Shown here piece after piece: positions 8,794 to 23,700 of a stretch of 64,000 bases of DNA. Below the pieces are notes generated by a model, which searched no databases, had not been told where the DNA came from, and saw only the letters and a program-made list of their open reading frames with translations. A program made the position numbers and the translations under genes. The DNA comes from a virus. Location of the stretch: the IMG/VR virus record IMGVR_UViG_3300021197_000841, positions 8,162 to 72,161 of that record; one strand, 5' to 3'. How positions within the stretch are numbered: the first letter of the stretch is position 1; each line of letters begins with the position of its first letter.

Positions 8794-11700
8794 TTAATCA
8801 AAGTAAGATCCTGGTTTATCTTTTAGGAATCGAGCAATAGTGGTGGTTGAATCTGCTAATGCCACATTTGCTTGGTTCCAATATGCTTCTTCTGGGTCAT
8901 TATTACTGCTACTGAAAGCCTGTGACCCGATTTCTATTCTGTTTTGTTCACTAGCATCAATCACTTTTGTTCCTGCTGGATGTGATTCAACACTAGTACC
9001 TAAAGTACCACGTGAAACGTCTTTTAATACATTTCCGTCTATAGCACCAAATGTTATTCTTTCGTCGCCTATATAAATTACACTGGCCTTACTACCTGAG
9101 AACGGTAATGTTACCTTTGTTGCGTCAGTTAATATAATAGTACTATCTGTTTTAGATATTGCTGTTGCTAGTGTTGTTTTAAATTCGTTTGATATTCTAG
9201 TATATTCTACAGAACCATTTAATCCTAAGAACATCTTGTACGATACATTAGCACCGCCACTTTGTGATCCAGATTGTACGTTAAACTGTAAACCTTCGAA
9301 TGCGTTAAATAATACATGCTCTGGTGGTCTGGCCGGGCCAGCATATCCTTTAAAGAATGTATTACTGTCAAATCCAGCATACGTTATTGAATCTCTTACT
9401 AGTTCGCTATCCAATGTTGTATTAGCCATATAATTGTTTACAACTGTATCGCTATCGTATCCATCACCGTCAAACGCAGTTTGATCGTAACCAAATTCAG
9501 TTGCTAGTATCTCATTGCCTATGCGATCATAATATGATTTACTAAACAAATCAGCATTAAGTTCTTCACCATTGAAATCCGCGTAGGCAAGTATTTTTAA
9601 TGTAGTAAGCCTAGTTGCCTTGAGTCCTGTAATAATATCATTTGAGAATGATGTATTGGCAATCTTTGTGTTTAGATCCATTATTGTTGGATGATATACA
9701 AATAGTCTTTCTATGTGATTTATAGGTGTAGCATTTGCTGAGTCTGTTAGTAACTGAGACATTCTTGCTTCAGCAGTTAAACTTGTTGGCTGACTGTAAG
9801 CATTTGCTAATGATACATTACTAGCATCACCTAATGCTATAATATCGGATTGATTCCTGTCTATGTAAACTTTTTCAGTAAACGTTCTAATTTTTGTTGT
9901 ACTATTTAATGTAGCATTCCCCCAATTAGAATATTCCGAATCAGTACTAATAATATTAGCATCTGCTACAGAGTTAGGATCAAGTATTCTTGCTTGTACT
10001 GATAAGTTCGGTTGATACGGTGGCTTATCAAAGTCTGTAGCAAACGATTTAGTAATTTCTGTGTGAGTTTTTCTATCATTGAAATCTCTTAACTTACTAG
10101 TATATGGTTTTACCGTTTTTATGTAATCAGACATATCGCCAAACGGATCAATCTTGGTTGTAATTTTTTGTTCTAAATTATCAGCACTTTGTCTAATATT
10201 AAAGTATGATGATTTAAAGAACCACTCAGTTTGATACTGTTCTGTTAGAATGTAATTTAACATTGTGAAATACAGTTTGTTAGTTAAGTTAGTAGACTTA
10301 AATACATTAGTAATTATAGCATCTATTAGTTGTCTAATTTCTGTTGCTAACACTGAATTTTGTGCGCCATTATAGAACTCTTTCTTAATCTGTATAGTAC
10401 CGTTAATAACTTTAACTAATTCGTAATCGTCTGTAACGCCATTATACTCAAATATTCTATCAGGATTTATATTGTCCACTACTTGTACAAATACACCATC
10501 GTCAATTCCTGTTAGAGCAAACATATCTTTAAGTGTAGTTACATTTAATCTTGCTTTAACATTACTAGATGTGTAGCCTTCTTTTACCCAGTCTGTAACT
10601 TCATACAAGTTCGACGTGCTTACATAAGCATTCCAACCTTTATATACGTCACCCGTTAATATTATTTTTGCTAACTCTCTATTTAGGAATGATCTAGCAG
10701 TTCGTTTTGCTTCAGTAACTTTCATAAACATAGTCTGACGAGGTCTAATACTTATTCCGTACTTCTCAAATTTGTTTAAATGTATATCAGGTACAACATT
10801 ACCTTGCTTGTCTTCACCTGCTAAACTATCGATTAGTTTATTAATAAACTCTCTTGGTATTCTTGACAGTTCAGCATTTTCGCCAAGTAATATATACGAC
10901 TCGTGTTTGTTTTCGTACTTAGTATCTTTCCTAGAAAAGTTTGTTTGTAGAACACTATTGTCATCTGTTAAGTAAGTCTTAATATTATTAAATACCATAG
11001 TGTTATTGTCTGCTACACCATATGTAGGTAATCTTTCTGCTCTAGGTGATTCAAGTAATCTTGATACCTGTTTTGCTGATATTGTTCTGTTCTTAACATT
11101 TTGAGGTACTGAGTCAATATCTTTAACCCAATAATAATATGTGTTACTGTAAGTATTTGTTTTAGTATTAAATACTTGATCTACTAAATAATTCATTGCT
11201 GATAATGGCGTACCTTTACCAGTGTAGTCACTTGGTGTTTGTTTACTTTCTATCCATTCGTATACATCAAAACTTGAACCTGTGACATATGAACCCCAGT
11301 AATCTGCTCTATAATCTACATTTGCTTGTTCATACCAACGTACTCGCATTGTGCTGGTATTCCACCATAATTCTCCAACATTAACTTTACTAAAGTTACT
11401 GCCGTCATTATTATAATATACTGGATCACCATCGCTGATATATTCAATATTTCTTTCTGCTTCTGGAATAATAAATCCTTTGAACGGATCATGTAATATT
11501 ACATCGGTTACTCTTTCGCCATTATCCTTTTGATATATTAAAGCATTCTTTAATTTACTGCTATCAATTAAAGCATCTTGTCTGAGTTTAACAGAGCCAT
11601 CTTCTAAGTGTGCCCAACCGGTAACATCATATTCGTCAATCCAAGTCTTACCAACTGATCGAGCATTGTCATACAAGCCTTTATATCTTCGCGACTCGAA

Positions 11701-14700
11701 GTATAATACATCTACATCAGACTGTAATTTGCTATTTAAAATACTACTATCGTCAACTTTGCTTAGATCATATTTGTATATATCGCCAAATGCTGAACTT
11801 GAAAGTCCTTCAAACTCTGGTGGTACTGTAGTGTTGTACATAACTAAACTATCACCGTCGCCTGATCTATTAAACGGATTACCGTCGCCAGTGTTATTAC
11901 CGTCGCCTAGGCCAAAATCACTACCTGGGTTACCAATTTGTGATCTAAAGCCAATTGATTGAGGACTATATTCGCCAGTAGGTATACCAATAGCATCTAG
12001 TGTTCCTGGAACTACATCTTCTAAATCAAACCCATCACCATCTGAGGTAAATGTTAATACTTGTACGTCAGGATTAATATCAACTACATCTGCTGTTAAT
12101 CCGCCGTCTGGTCCTATTGCTTCATTAATAACATCCGCCAGTGCTTCAGCAGGTGTCTCTGGTCTAGCCGGACCGGCATTATTTGCTACTAAGGCCGGAG
12201 GTTGTCTACAGTCAATAACACTTCTTGATGAAGCAATAACTCTAGCACCAAATCCAGGCCCTTCAAGTCTTTGAGACGCATCGCCGTCGTCTACATATTT
12301 TAGAGGTATTCCTCTTTCTTGTTCTGCTGGGAATATTTCATATACTCCTCTATCTAGTATTCTTAATTTTGTAATACTACCAGATGTATTAATTTCTGCA
12401 ACTTCAAATTGTGCTGATTGTTCTACAATATCTGGATTGTCTTCGGCAATTAACTCCCCTTTGCTTAGTATTGCTCTTGCTTTGAATCCTTGACCCGAAC
12501 CAATTGCTTTAACTATCCAATTTCTCATTGAGAACTCTGCTTGGAATCCACCTTTCTGTATAATTTCTAACCTTGTAATTGTATCTTTATTAGCAGTTTC
12601 ATAATTTGGATCTTCGCTTGGTGACACATAACTAATTTTTATGTTAGGTGTTTTAACTGCTGTAGTATATTCTGTTATACCTACATTTGTAGCACCTTCT
12701 GGTCTTCTAGAAAGTATGTTACTGTCATTTATTAAATTAAATACTCGTCCTGGTCTTGTTACTTCAACATACCATGTACCTTTAATCTGTCTATTTTTAC
12801 CAATTTTATATGTTGTTAAAGTTAAGCCTAATCTAGGATCAGCATTAACAATTTTATAATCGCTGTCATTGGAATATATTTCCCATCTATTAGTTGCGCC
12901 TTCACTAAATCTTGCTTTAATAAACTTGTTGTTTAGATTATTTACAGCATCAATTACTTGTTGTAATGACATTGTACTTGTTACAGGAACGGTTAACGTC
13001 TGTGTACCGCGATCTGTGTATTCTATTGTAATACCTGTGCTTAATGATATACTGCTAGGATCTGCTATTACTGTGCTGTACGCAACATTCTCGCCGCCTT
13101 GTAGCCACTTTCTTAATACGTTGTTAGTATTATTCCAATATGCGCCAGTTGCCTGTGTTAATGCTGTACCGTTACTACTATCATAATCGCTACTGTAAAT
13201 TGTGCCGTTTAAATCTTTACCTTGATTGCCTGCTTGTCGTTTCCAGTTACCAATCCATGGTTTAACCTTTGTGCCGTAACTAACTAAGTTGACACCATTT
13301 GGTTGAACAGTTTCTGCTTGATCTTTACTGGTTACCGAGAATATCATTTCTTGTGGGCCGTTATTATTTTTCTTATAATCATACCCAGGCATAAATCCGC
13401 CTTGATCGTTTTGCCCATTTGCTCCGTATTTTCCTAAGAATTGCATTAATGGCATTCTAGTACCATCCGGTGCTTGTAACCATATCATACCGTAATCGCC
13501 GGGCATAGTACTTCTCATAATAAAGTCAATATCTATATCCTGAATTATAGCATCATCGGGTATCTTATCAAAATTAAATTTAAATACCAATGCTTCAGAT
13601 TCTCCCATCTTAACATACGGACTTGACATTGGCCTATAGACCGTGTTATAATGTATTTTGTTCATGGCCTTTGCTAACTGAAATGCTGGCACTGGCTCTA
13701 CATCTCTTACTTCGTTACCATCGGCATCTTCTGTAATTGTAATAAGTTCGTCCGGTAAATGTACTGTATATGGTACTCTTAAATAACTCTGACTAATATC
13801 TTTCTGTATAACAAATATATCCCAATTTTGTTCTATTGGACTAATTGGTAATGTGGAATTTTGTCTGGACGCATTAACATCAACACTTATGTATTGATCA
13901 GTACCTGATTCTACACTATCAAATTTAAATGTGTTGCTGTCAACCTGTGTCACATTTAATGAGTTAGCCATATCAATTGACACACTAGTTGTTAAACTAT
14001 GTGCTTCAGACTGATCTTGATATGTTACAGTTTTAGTTGTCTGGTTCTGGAACTCACTTATAGTATCAATTGGGTAGAATCTACTCCATAAATTTGTAAA
14101 GTCTGGTACACCGTATGCTTCAAAGTTAGGTGCTTTTTCTAAGCCTAATGTTGTTTCTACTTTAAAGAAAACTCTATTATTACTAACTCTTAAGAAAGTA
14201 ACAATTCTACCATTGAACCTAGTTAGTGTCTGACTTAAGAAATGCTTGTATTCGTTACTTGTATCGCTGTCGTATACTTCAGCATCATGGAAAACTTTTA
14301 GTAATCCTTTTGTGTTTTCTGGCATTGCCGCAAACTTTGTGGATGGATTATGACCATTTGGAAATACTGTTCCATTTGGTATTTCCCATACACATAACCA
14401 TGAACCATTAAGATTACTTAGTTCTATTTCATTGAACACATCATAAACTTTACTGTTCTTAATTAGTTCGGTTCCTAACTCGCCTTTGTCATGAATACCT
14501 AAGCCAAACATCATCATTGCTCCGGCATTTTCATAATCTCTTGTTCCAACAAACAGTTTATATTCTCTACTACTGTTTACTAAGTCTGCTCTTGAACTGA
14601 TTTTAAATGTATCTTTTGCCGATAACTCATCTAATGCTATATCAGATCTTTTGCGATCAATTTCTAGTTCATTAATTGATGATGAGTAAGTATCAATGTA

Positions 14701-17700
14701 GTTTGGAACTGTTTCGCTATTGATCCAATCCTTATCGGTACCGCCGCCTTGTTCGATATATTCTCTATAAAAACTGTGATAGTATGACGTTGCTGATCTA
14801 CCTGCTACTTTTAATGTAGGCTGTAATCCAGTTGTGCTTGGTGCGTAAACACCTCTAACTGTTACGCCTGGTAATTTATGTTTAGGATCATTCTTATCAA
14901 CAATTTCAAATCTTGTATCTGCTGGGTTGTATCCAATACCTGGATTTTGTATATCAACTCTATCAAGGTAGTAAGCACTATTATCTAGTGTTTTAGGTTG
15001 GCCACCTACTATAGCAAGTTTATCACCTATTCTATAGTTAAAGCCTGTACTATCCTCTATTGATCCAGGATTAAATGCTACATTTGAATTTGCGTCAAAG
15101 GCACCGCTTCTGGAACCTTCACCTGATCTTGGTGTTATTGCTAATCCGTCCATTCTTAAATAGTCTGCTGTCATAAATGGGTTACTTTGACTCGGTACAC
15201 CAACAGACTCAGCAAGTTGTATAGTACCGCTTGATGCTTTAGTTGTTAATACCTTAGGAGCAGAGAATCCTGTTCCTGTAGACTTTGATTGTAACTCTTC
15301 GTTAGTTAGATTTGCTCCTAGAGCCAAGTTAGCACTAGCAACTGATTTCTTTTCAACATATGGCATAAAGTCGCCTACTTCAGCAAACGGACTTCTTGAA
15401 CACCCCATGCCTAAACTAAATGGTACAGCACTCTTGATCTTGACAGCCTGTAAAACAGGAATATCGATATCAGTGAAACAGCCTGCTTTTCTTCTTTGCT
15501 GTACAGGATGTATATCCCATAATGAGGTAAAGAAGTATCCACTACCTTCATTATCTCTGGTGTAGTAACTTCTGTCTTTTTCATCACCTGTGTCTGGGCC
15601 ACCCATCTTTTCGCCGTAGCCTACAATCTTCTTATACTTCCAACCTGTTTCGTCATTAGTGTAGTCTTCAAATTTAACGTATTCTTCCAGGCCGCCATAA
15701 CTAAATACTGTTCCTCTTACAAGTAACCCTAAAACTAAGTTTTGTCCAAATCTTGTTGGCTTATGTCTGTTCCTACCTTCTTTAGTAAGATCGTAATTCA
15801 TTTGTTTTAATCGTTGTGTTAAAGGATTACTACCACTAGTATCGTCCTGCTTACTAAGTTGTAGTTCTAATTTATACCAACTAATACCAGGCTTAAAGCC
15901 TTTAAATCTAATTTCTGCTCCACCTAGGTTTAATCCTTTACCGCCTTTGGAACGCATTTGTTTGAAATCTACATTAATCCAATTACAAGTATCGTTACCA
16001 TATCCTCTAATATCGTACCATTTAGGCTGTGTACCAGAACCGGAACCTTGTATAGTTTTATTAACAATATCGCCTTTCTTTTCAGATGAGGGTATTAATC
16101 GTAAAACAATAGTTCTATATCCGCCTTCTATTGGGTCTACGCCTCTATCATTTAATATTTGTTCAACTAACATACCAAAGCCTTTGCCCGGAGGGGATGA
16201 AGGAATACGGACTGTTAGCGGATCGTGTCTGTTTTCTACTTCTGCCCAGCAATCTGTAAGATATCTAGTGTTGTCGCCTTTAACTTTTGGCTTTTTGCCG
16301 CCCCACCTTAAACTTTCTTCTATTAAGTTAGAGCCTGTTGTTGGATCTACAACTTCGCCAAATGCTGTTTCGCCCCAACCTTGGCCGCCACCTGGTATAA
16401 CACAATTAACTTCTTCTTTGGTAGGTTCGCCACATATTGCTCTATAGTCTGAGTTCTGGGAATTGATGCCATCTGCTAACGCACATGGATCACAATTATC
16501 ATTTAAATTAATTCGTTGATTTCCGAGGAACATTACCTCGCCGCTGTTTGAACATAGATCGCCGTCTAGTACTTTAACGTATCCTGGATCGGCCTCGCAT
16601 AAGTCAACTATTGCTTCATTGTATTTAATTTTTTGTTCTGACGTTGCCATTGATCCGTTAACATACGCCAAGTATTGAGTCCATTGACTATAATTGCCAC
16701 CTGCGGCCTGGAAATCTCTCCATCCTACTCTAATTCCTTGATCGTATGTATCGTAGTAAGAACCATTTTCATTACCAATACCTGCGCCGCCAATAATGAA
16801 GTTATAATATTGTTGTGCTATTGCTAACAAGTCGGCGTCAAAATCTTGTACTGCCGCGGCTTCTCCAGCATTGTTTATATCATATAGTGATATCTTAAAT
16901 GAGCCGCAATCTGGGCCATCATCAACTACTGGTCCCTGTGGTCCTTGTGGTCCTTGTGGTCCTTGTGGTCCCTGTGGTCCTTGTGGTCCTTGTGGTCCTT
17001 GTGGTCCTTGACCTCCTGAATAGCCGCCGCCTCCGCCGCCGCCATTTAATTTAATTAACTCGCCCTCTGGCTCGCCAAATGCTGAAACAGTATTAAATGT
17101 CTGGTAACCTGGATTGCCTGTGTAAATTCCATCCATACCTTGTAATTCAGCATACTTCTTATAGGCATTATGTGCGCCTTTGGCCACATCTTTGTTTAAA
17201 TAAGGACTTGTTGACGATGACATAATATTGTTATGATATTCGTTAACTGTTTTGTTTTTTGCAGAAAGTATATCAAGTGTAGGAGCATTACTTTTACCGC
17301 CACCTATTCTAGTTAGTTTTCCTGCTTTTTTGCCTTTATCTATAATCTGCCCTAGATTGTCTTGGTCAATCATGTATTGGCCACTTAACGCCGCTGAACC
17401 TAATTTGGATTTATTGTTTACTAGTATCTGATTAATATAACGTGGAACACCATTTTTAACGGCATTACCCGCATTGTTAGTATCAAATTTTACTGGTTCT
17501 AAGTTTGTTAAGTTGTTTGGTACACTAACAAACTTCTGATTATAAGCCGGATTTAATGGATTGTCTAGTTTAAAGTTTCTACTACCAAACATGAATCCTG
17601 CTGTTATACTTCCTGTACTTTGTATAACACCTTCTTTATACCTTGCGGCAAAGTTTAAACTGTCGCTGACATCTTGTATAGATTTAGTATTAATTAGTGT

Positions 17701-20700
17701 GGTTTTTGCTCCATTAACTTTAACAGAGTTCCAACTATCTAATGAGTATTCAACATTTTGTTCTTTAAGATCGACACGTTTATCGCTGTTAGCAAAACCG
17801 TAAACTGGAATCACTGTTGATTCACCTAAGTCTGGGTCATCTGAGAAAGGCGATGCTGACACCATTGATTGTGCCGCTATTCTATATTTTGCGTTTAGGT
17901 TTCGTTGTATAGCACCGGATATAACCATAGAGTCAAATCTAGGACGTAATTTCATTTCTGATCCTAAGTCTGATGTGCCTTTTACAAGTATAATATCGTT
18001 GACCCAGTATCCTTCTGTATCTACTGGCAATGCTCCTAAGTAAGGTGTTTCGACAGTAATTATATCTTTAGTTACAGCAGACGGTGTAGCAAACCCTGTA
18101 TACTTACCGTTCTTAGTAAGTTTGATTGCTCTGTCTTTGTTTGGTCTGTATGCTGTATATGAAACAGAAAATTCATTTGTTGTTGCCGTAGCACCCGGAG
18201 CCTTAATTGTGTAAAACTGATCTCCTTGATCGCCATCTTCGTCTATAATCACAATAAAATCAAGTATATCAAATTCGTTACCACTTAACGCATGTCCGTT
18301 AATACTGTTTGAGAACTTCAATTTGCCTTTCTCGTAAAGTCCTAAGCCGCCATTGCTTATACGGATATTTACTAGTCCTTCTGAACTTGCGGCTGTTGTA
18401 CTTACTACTTCGGCATGTATAGTGTATTTTCCTATGCCGTGATCTACTGAAACAAAATCAGTAGCAGTAAATATGTTAATTGGCAAATATGTTTCACTTG
18501 ACGGTATTGTATTTCCTAAGAATCCGCTAAATGTAGCATTTGTATTAATACCACCTATACTATCAAAAGTGCTAATATTAATTTCTTTGTCGCCTGTAAA
18601 TGATGCCCATTGTACTTCGTTACTAGGCACTCTACCATATAAATTATTGATAGTATACTTAGGTGGCAATGAGATAACATTTTTATTTAAATCGTCAGTA
18701 TATCTAATAGTTAAATTCGATGTTAGTGCTGTAGGCATAGTACTTAGTGCTATACTTAATGATCTATCTGTTCCAGCAAATACTTCTGCTGTCGTGCCAT
18801 TTAGACTTGCGGTGTCTACACTACCAGTATAGAATGTAACGTTGTCTTCAGGTCCAAAAATATTATTGTGATTATTACAACTTAGATGATATATTTTTCT
18901 AGGTTCTACAAAATATTGCACATCTAAATTTCCATTTGGACTATTAAATACCGCGGCATATTTTAATGATGAAATATCGCTTGTTGGTATAACAGATGTA
19001 TTCGCTACACTTACTTTAAATGTATTTTGTGTAACTTCCTTAACTATAAATGACGTATTGTTTAAATAATCGCTGTTGTTAGTTGTACTAAATATTACTT
19101 TTGAACCTACTATCATATCATGAAGAGGATCAGTAAAAGTTACTAAGTTTTGGTTCAGCGAACTGTTTGAAATAATTTCTAAACTTGATGCGTTTGCTAC
19201 TGGTATAGCATGATTAATTATATTTTGTGCTGATCCTTTAGCAATAGTAATATATGTTTTACCTACACTTGTTACATTGGCCTGTCCTTCAATACCGCTT
19301 ACATTTAAGGTGTCGTTGATTCTAACTATATCTGTGTTTGACATTCCTTCGACATCAGTATATATTTTGCTTTCATTTTTATATGTCGCCATTCTAATAG
19401 TGACATCAACCTCTGTAATTACTGGTTGATTTTTGCCTGTATAGTTTAAAGGCAAGTACTTAATATCAGCATTCAGATCATTACCTAAAATTCCTGTTAT
19501 AGGTGTTGTCGACGTGTTAGGTATACTAACTAAGAAACTACCAGCAGTTGTAATATGTTCTGGCTTATCAGATACATAACCAAATACAGTACCTGTATTT
19601 AAAATACTGTTTGCGTCAGTTGTTGTAAACAATGTAGCACAATATCCTTTATCAGTTGGATCTGACATTTTGATAGGACTAGTTAAGTCATTAACAATAA
19701 TTTGTTTATTGTTATTTTCGTCTATTCTATATAATACAGCCTTAACATCACCTGACAGTTCGTCTGCCGGTATAGAGTTATCGCTATTATCAACTGTAAA
19801 GAATGTATTATCTACACTTTCAATTTTTCTGTCGACTACTTGTGACAAGTTGCCACCAATCATCGATACTCTTAAATTATCTAATTTAAGATTTGTAACA
19901 GGCGATAATGTATAGTTGACTTTAATATTTTTAACTATGACTATAGGAATGATATATTCCTCGCCTATCGATGATGGATATACTGACACTCCTTCGTCGT
20001 ATCCTAATTCTATTCTAAATTTGTTTGCCTCACCTTGAACCAACACACTTTTAGCATCATTGCTCCACCACTCTAATGGTCTATTTGTAGCACTAGGATG
20101 ATGAGGCTGTATGTCGAATTGGTTTTGTTTGTTCTGACTTTTCAGTTTATGTCTATTTTTATATTTTTGAGTACCGTGATAATCACTGGTGTTTTCGACT
20201 CTACTTAAAAACTCAATACCTTCAGAAATACCTGCTCCTCTATCATTAAAATTAAATTTAACTACCGGATTAGCCTCGTTGATATTGCCGCCAATTTCTG
20301 AAACTGTGACATACTTGGATTGCGGATGAGCATAATTTGACGAATTGTGTTCGCCTGGATATCTTTTCCATAATTCTATTCTACTTGAAAAGTTTCTGCT
20401 ACTTGAACTATTACCACCACCTATCACACTCATGTCTACGCGGAATCCATCCAGTGACGGTTTGTTCATAGGTTTTGTATATGTATCAACCCACCAATCA
20501 ACATCTACATTTTTGTTAAAGGCAATCGGTGAATCATCTGTTGGTAGTATACTTCTATTTTCGCCATCAAAGTTTGTATTCTGTAAGTACCTCCTAGGAT
20601 CTCTAGGTAGACTAGCAGGCGATGTTAATTGCTTTAATGTTTCTAAATCTGCTGGTGTAACATATCTGAATTCTAATTCAAGTTCTACGTTATCAATACT

Positions 20701-23700
20701 TCTAAATGATTCTGGCGGTTCAGAAAATATATTTTCAAAACTTAATTTATTATTCCCTGCTAGAGCACCAATATACATTGGCTTATTATTGTATTTGCTT
20801 GACCACTCATTTATTTTACTGCCGCCGGAGCCACCATAATTAATATTAGCACCTTTTAACAAATCTTGTTTTCTTGTAGTATTTCTACTAGAAGTGAATA
20901 ATAATTTCTTAAGATCACCAGCAGTAACATCTTCTCTTAGTCGGATGTCTGCTGTATTATTAGTTGTGTCTTTATCAATATCAACTTTAAATCTTGTTGT
21001 TAAATCCTTAACACCGGCACTTGGGTTCATAACCACTAATCCGTCTACTGAATCAGTTGCCGAAGGCTTACTAAATATAAATTCTTTATTTGTTATGTTT
21101 GAAACTTGATCGTCTGAAACCTTAGTATTACCGTTTAAGAATTTAAATCCTCCTAAACCATATGTACCAATCTTTGTGTTATCAAAATTGTTTATATGTA
21201 ATATGCTCGGTGATTGTAATCTTGTAATATTTCCTTGTAAATTTTGATATTCGCCTTTATATACAACCACATTAGAATTTGTTACAGCACTACCTGTTGG
21301 TTCAGCAATACTTGAATATGTAGTACCAGAATCACTAGTTACCTGTGATTGTATTACTGGGTATACGTTACCAGAGAATTGTGTACTATCTGTCTCAAAA
21401 TGTACAAAGTCAGGTGTATTAAATTTCTTAACTGTTGCGTTACCTTCTATAGTTACAGCATCTCTCCATGCGCCTTGTATTTTGTCAGACGCTCCGTCTG
21501 TAATTAGTACATGAATGCCGCCACCCATTGGCACACTTAGAACTGATAATTTATTGTGTGCTGATTTGGCAACACTCGCATCATGGAATCTTAAATCACT
21601 ACTTGTGATACTAAATGTTTTAGCCGCAGTATCTACATCAGCAACTGTATAAAATTGTGCTGGTATTGTATCAACTGATGAGTTATCACTAGCAGTAGAT
21701 ATTGATACGTTTGTGCTGTTTGTTAAATCTGTTAAGTCACCGGCTTTGAATACAACTTTATTAGTACTAGGTGTTATGCCAGTAATTTCTGCTCTTGTAT
21801 CTTGTCTTAATACAGATTCAAAACCAACATAGCAATTTCCTGTGCCTATTCTAGCAAAAGATGTTGCTGTAATATTTGCTTCTGTAATATAAAAAGTACC
21901 TGCTCCGTTATCGTCTGTAACAAAACCAGCAACGGCATCTATAGGATATTTTTTACCTACAGTCAAGTTTGCCGACGTTGCTCCTGCTCCGTAAAAGTAA
22001 ACATTATCTGGATAATCATTTTCACCGGTTCCTGGTTCTAGACCTTCTATATTGTCCACTGTGATTTGAACACTATTATTAACAGTAGCAATTCTTCTAT
22101 CTTTGGTAACACCTGCTGGTCTATAAAACTCTACATTAGATAGCGGTACTTGTAATTTACCAAAGATTCTTTTTGTTGATCTTGCTTCTGTGTTAGGCAA
22201 TGCTTCTGTGATAACACCCGTGGCACCCGGCGCCACACTAGTGATCTTTCTACTAATTCTTTTTAGTGGTACATACATACCTGTAAATACTGTTCTTGGT
22301 GTAGCAACTAATTGTTCGTTACTCCATTTTAAAACTATATTCGATAATTCAGCATTTTTAACAACTATGTGATTATCAAAATATCGTTTATTGTTAAGGT
22401 CATTGATATCGTTACCATCGGAATATAACGACAATGGATTATTAGAAAATAATGTAGTCTGACCGTTAACTGTGTCTACAAAGTTTTTAGCAGGAACTAA
22501 TCCGCCTGCCCTGTTTTGCTCTCCGTGTAAAACTAATTCATACACATTCCAATCTTCGTTCTCTGCTTTAGCAAGATGTAAATGCTGACCTTCTATTGGA
22601 TTTGTTCTCTTTCCACTAGCAATAATATTATCAAAATTTTGTATGTTAAATGCTTCCCATTCTACATTTGCTCTGTTTACATAACCTGCGTTTGGTATTG
22701 AAAATATAGTGTTGCTTGTAGTTGGCCATATACCTTTATCAACTGTATTAGTTGGACGTTTAAGCATTGTTTCAGTATTGTCAATATCAATAGTGATCTT
22801 GTTATCTGTTGGGTCGTCATCTATAACTTTGTATGTTCTTATGCTAGTTGTGTTAGCAATAATTGTATCATTAGCAACTGATTTGATTGATAATTTAGCA
22901 CCAGGTATATCTGTTGTTAATGTATTGTTAAATTGTACTGTACCCATTTCCGAAATAGTTACGTTAGCATTAATGTTTATATTATTAGCATATTGAGAAA
23001 CATTTGAAAATGTAACTCTGGTTGTTCCAGCAATAGCATTAGATACATTAACTGCTCTATAACTAGGCGTGTTTTTAATTTCCTTGCCGTCTATGTAAAA
23101 TTCAATATACGGATACTGGCCATCAATTTCTACAACGTTGTCGTCTAGCATTTCTGATGTGCCTGTTAGATCAACTGTAAATGTATCTGAAGATATTTTA
23201 GAATTTAACTGCGATGAAGATAGTAAGTTAATACTTCTATCACCGTTATCAAAGCCAAAGTAACTTTTTGTTACACCTACACCGCCAATTGTAACTACAA
23301 TGTCATTGATTGTAGTATTATTAGCAGTTTGTATTGGGAATCGTTGTTGTGGCTGATATCTGCCGGGTGTCATATTTAATACAGATAGTGAAGTACTTGG
23401 GTTACCACCTGGTAACGTGCTTTCTGCTAACTGGAAGTCACTACCTCTAATATATAATCGTTTGTCGCCACCCGATCCATAAACTTCTAACGTTCCTGTA
23501 TCACCTGATATAGATGAACCATATGTTACAGGCAGTCTTAACGACGGATCTTGATACAAATCAAACTGTGTTGTTGAATGCCCTGTTCTAGATACTGTGA
23601 CACCATTAATAGTAACATTATAGTTTCTACTCGGATCATGATCTACATAATAGTTGCCATCAGGTATACTAGTTAAATCTTTAACTTTTACAAAATCAAC

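Noticed and set aside
16930-17010. Tandem repeats (also at 6246, 36279, 42197) as CRISPR arrays
   Set aside because: No unique spacers; periods are multiples of 3 inside coding sequence; no cas genes.
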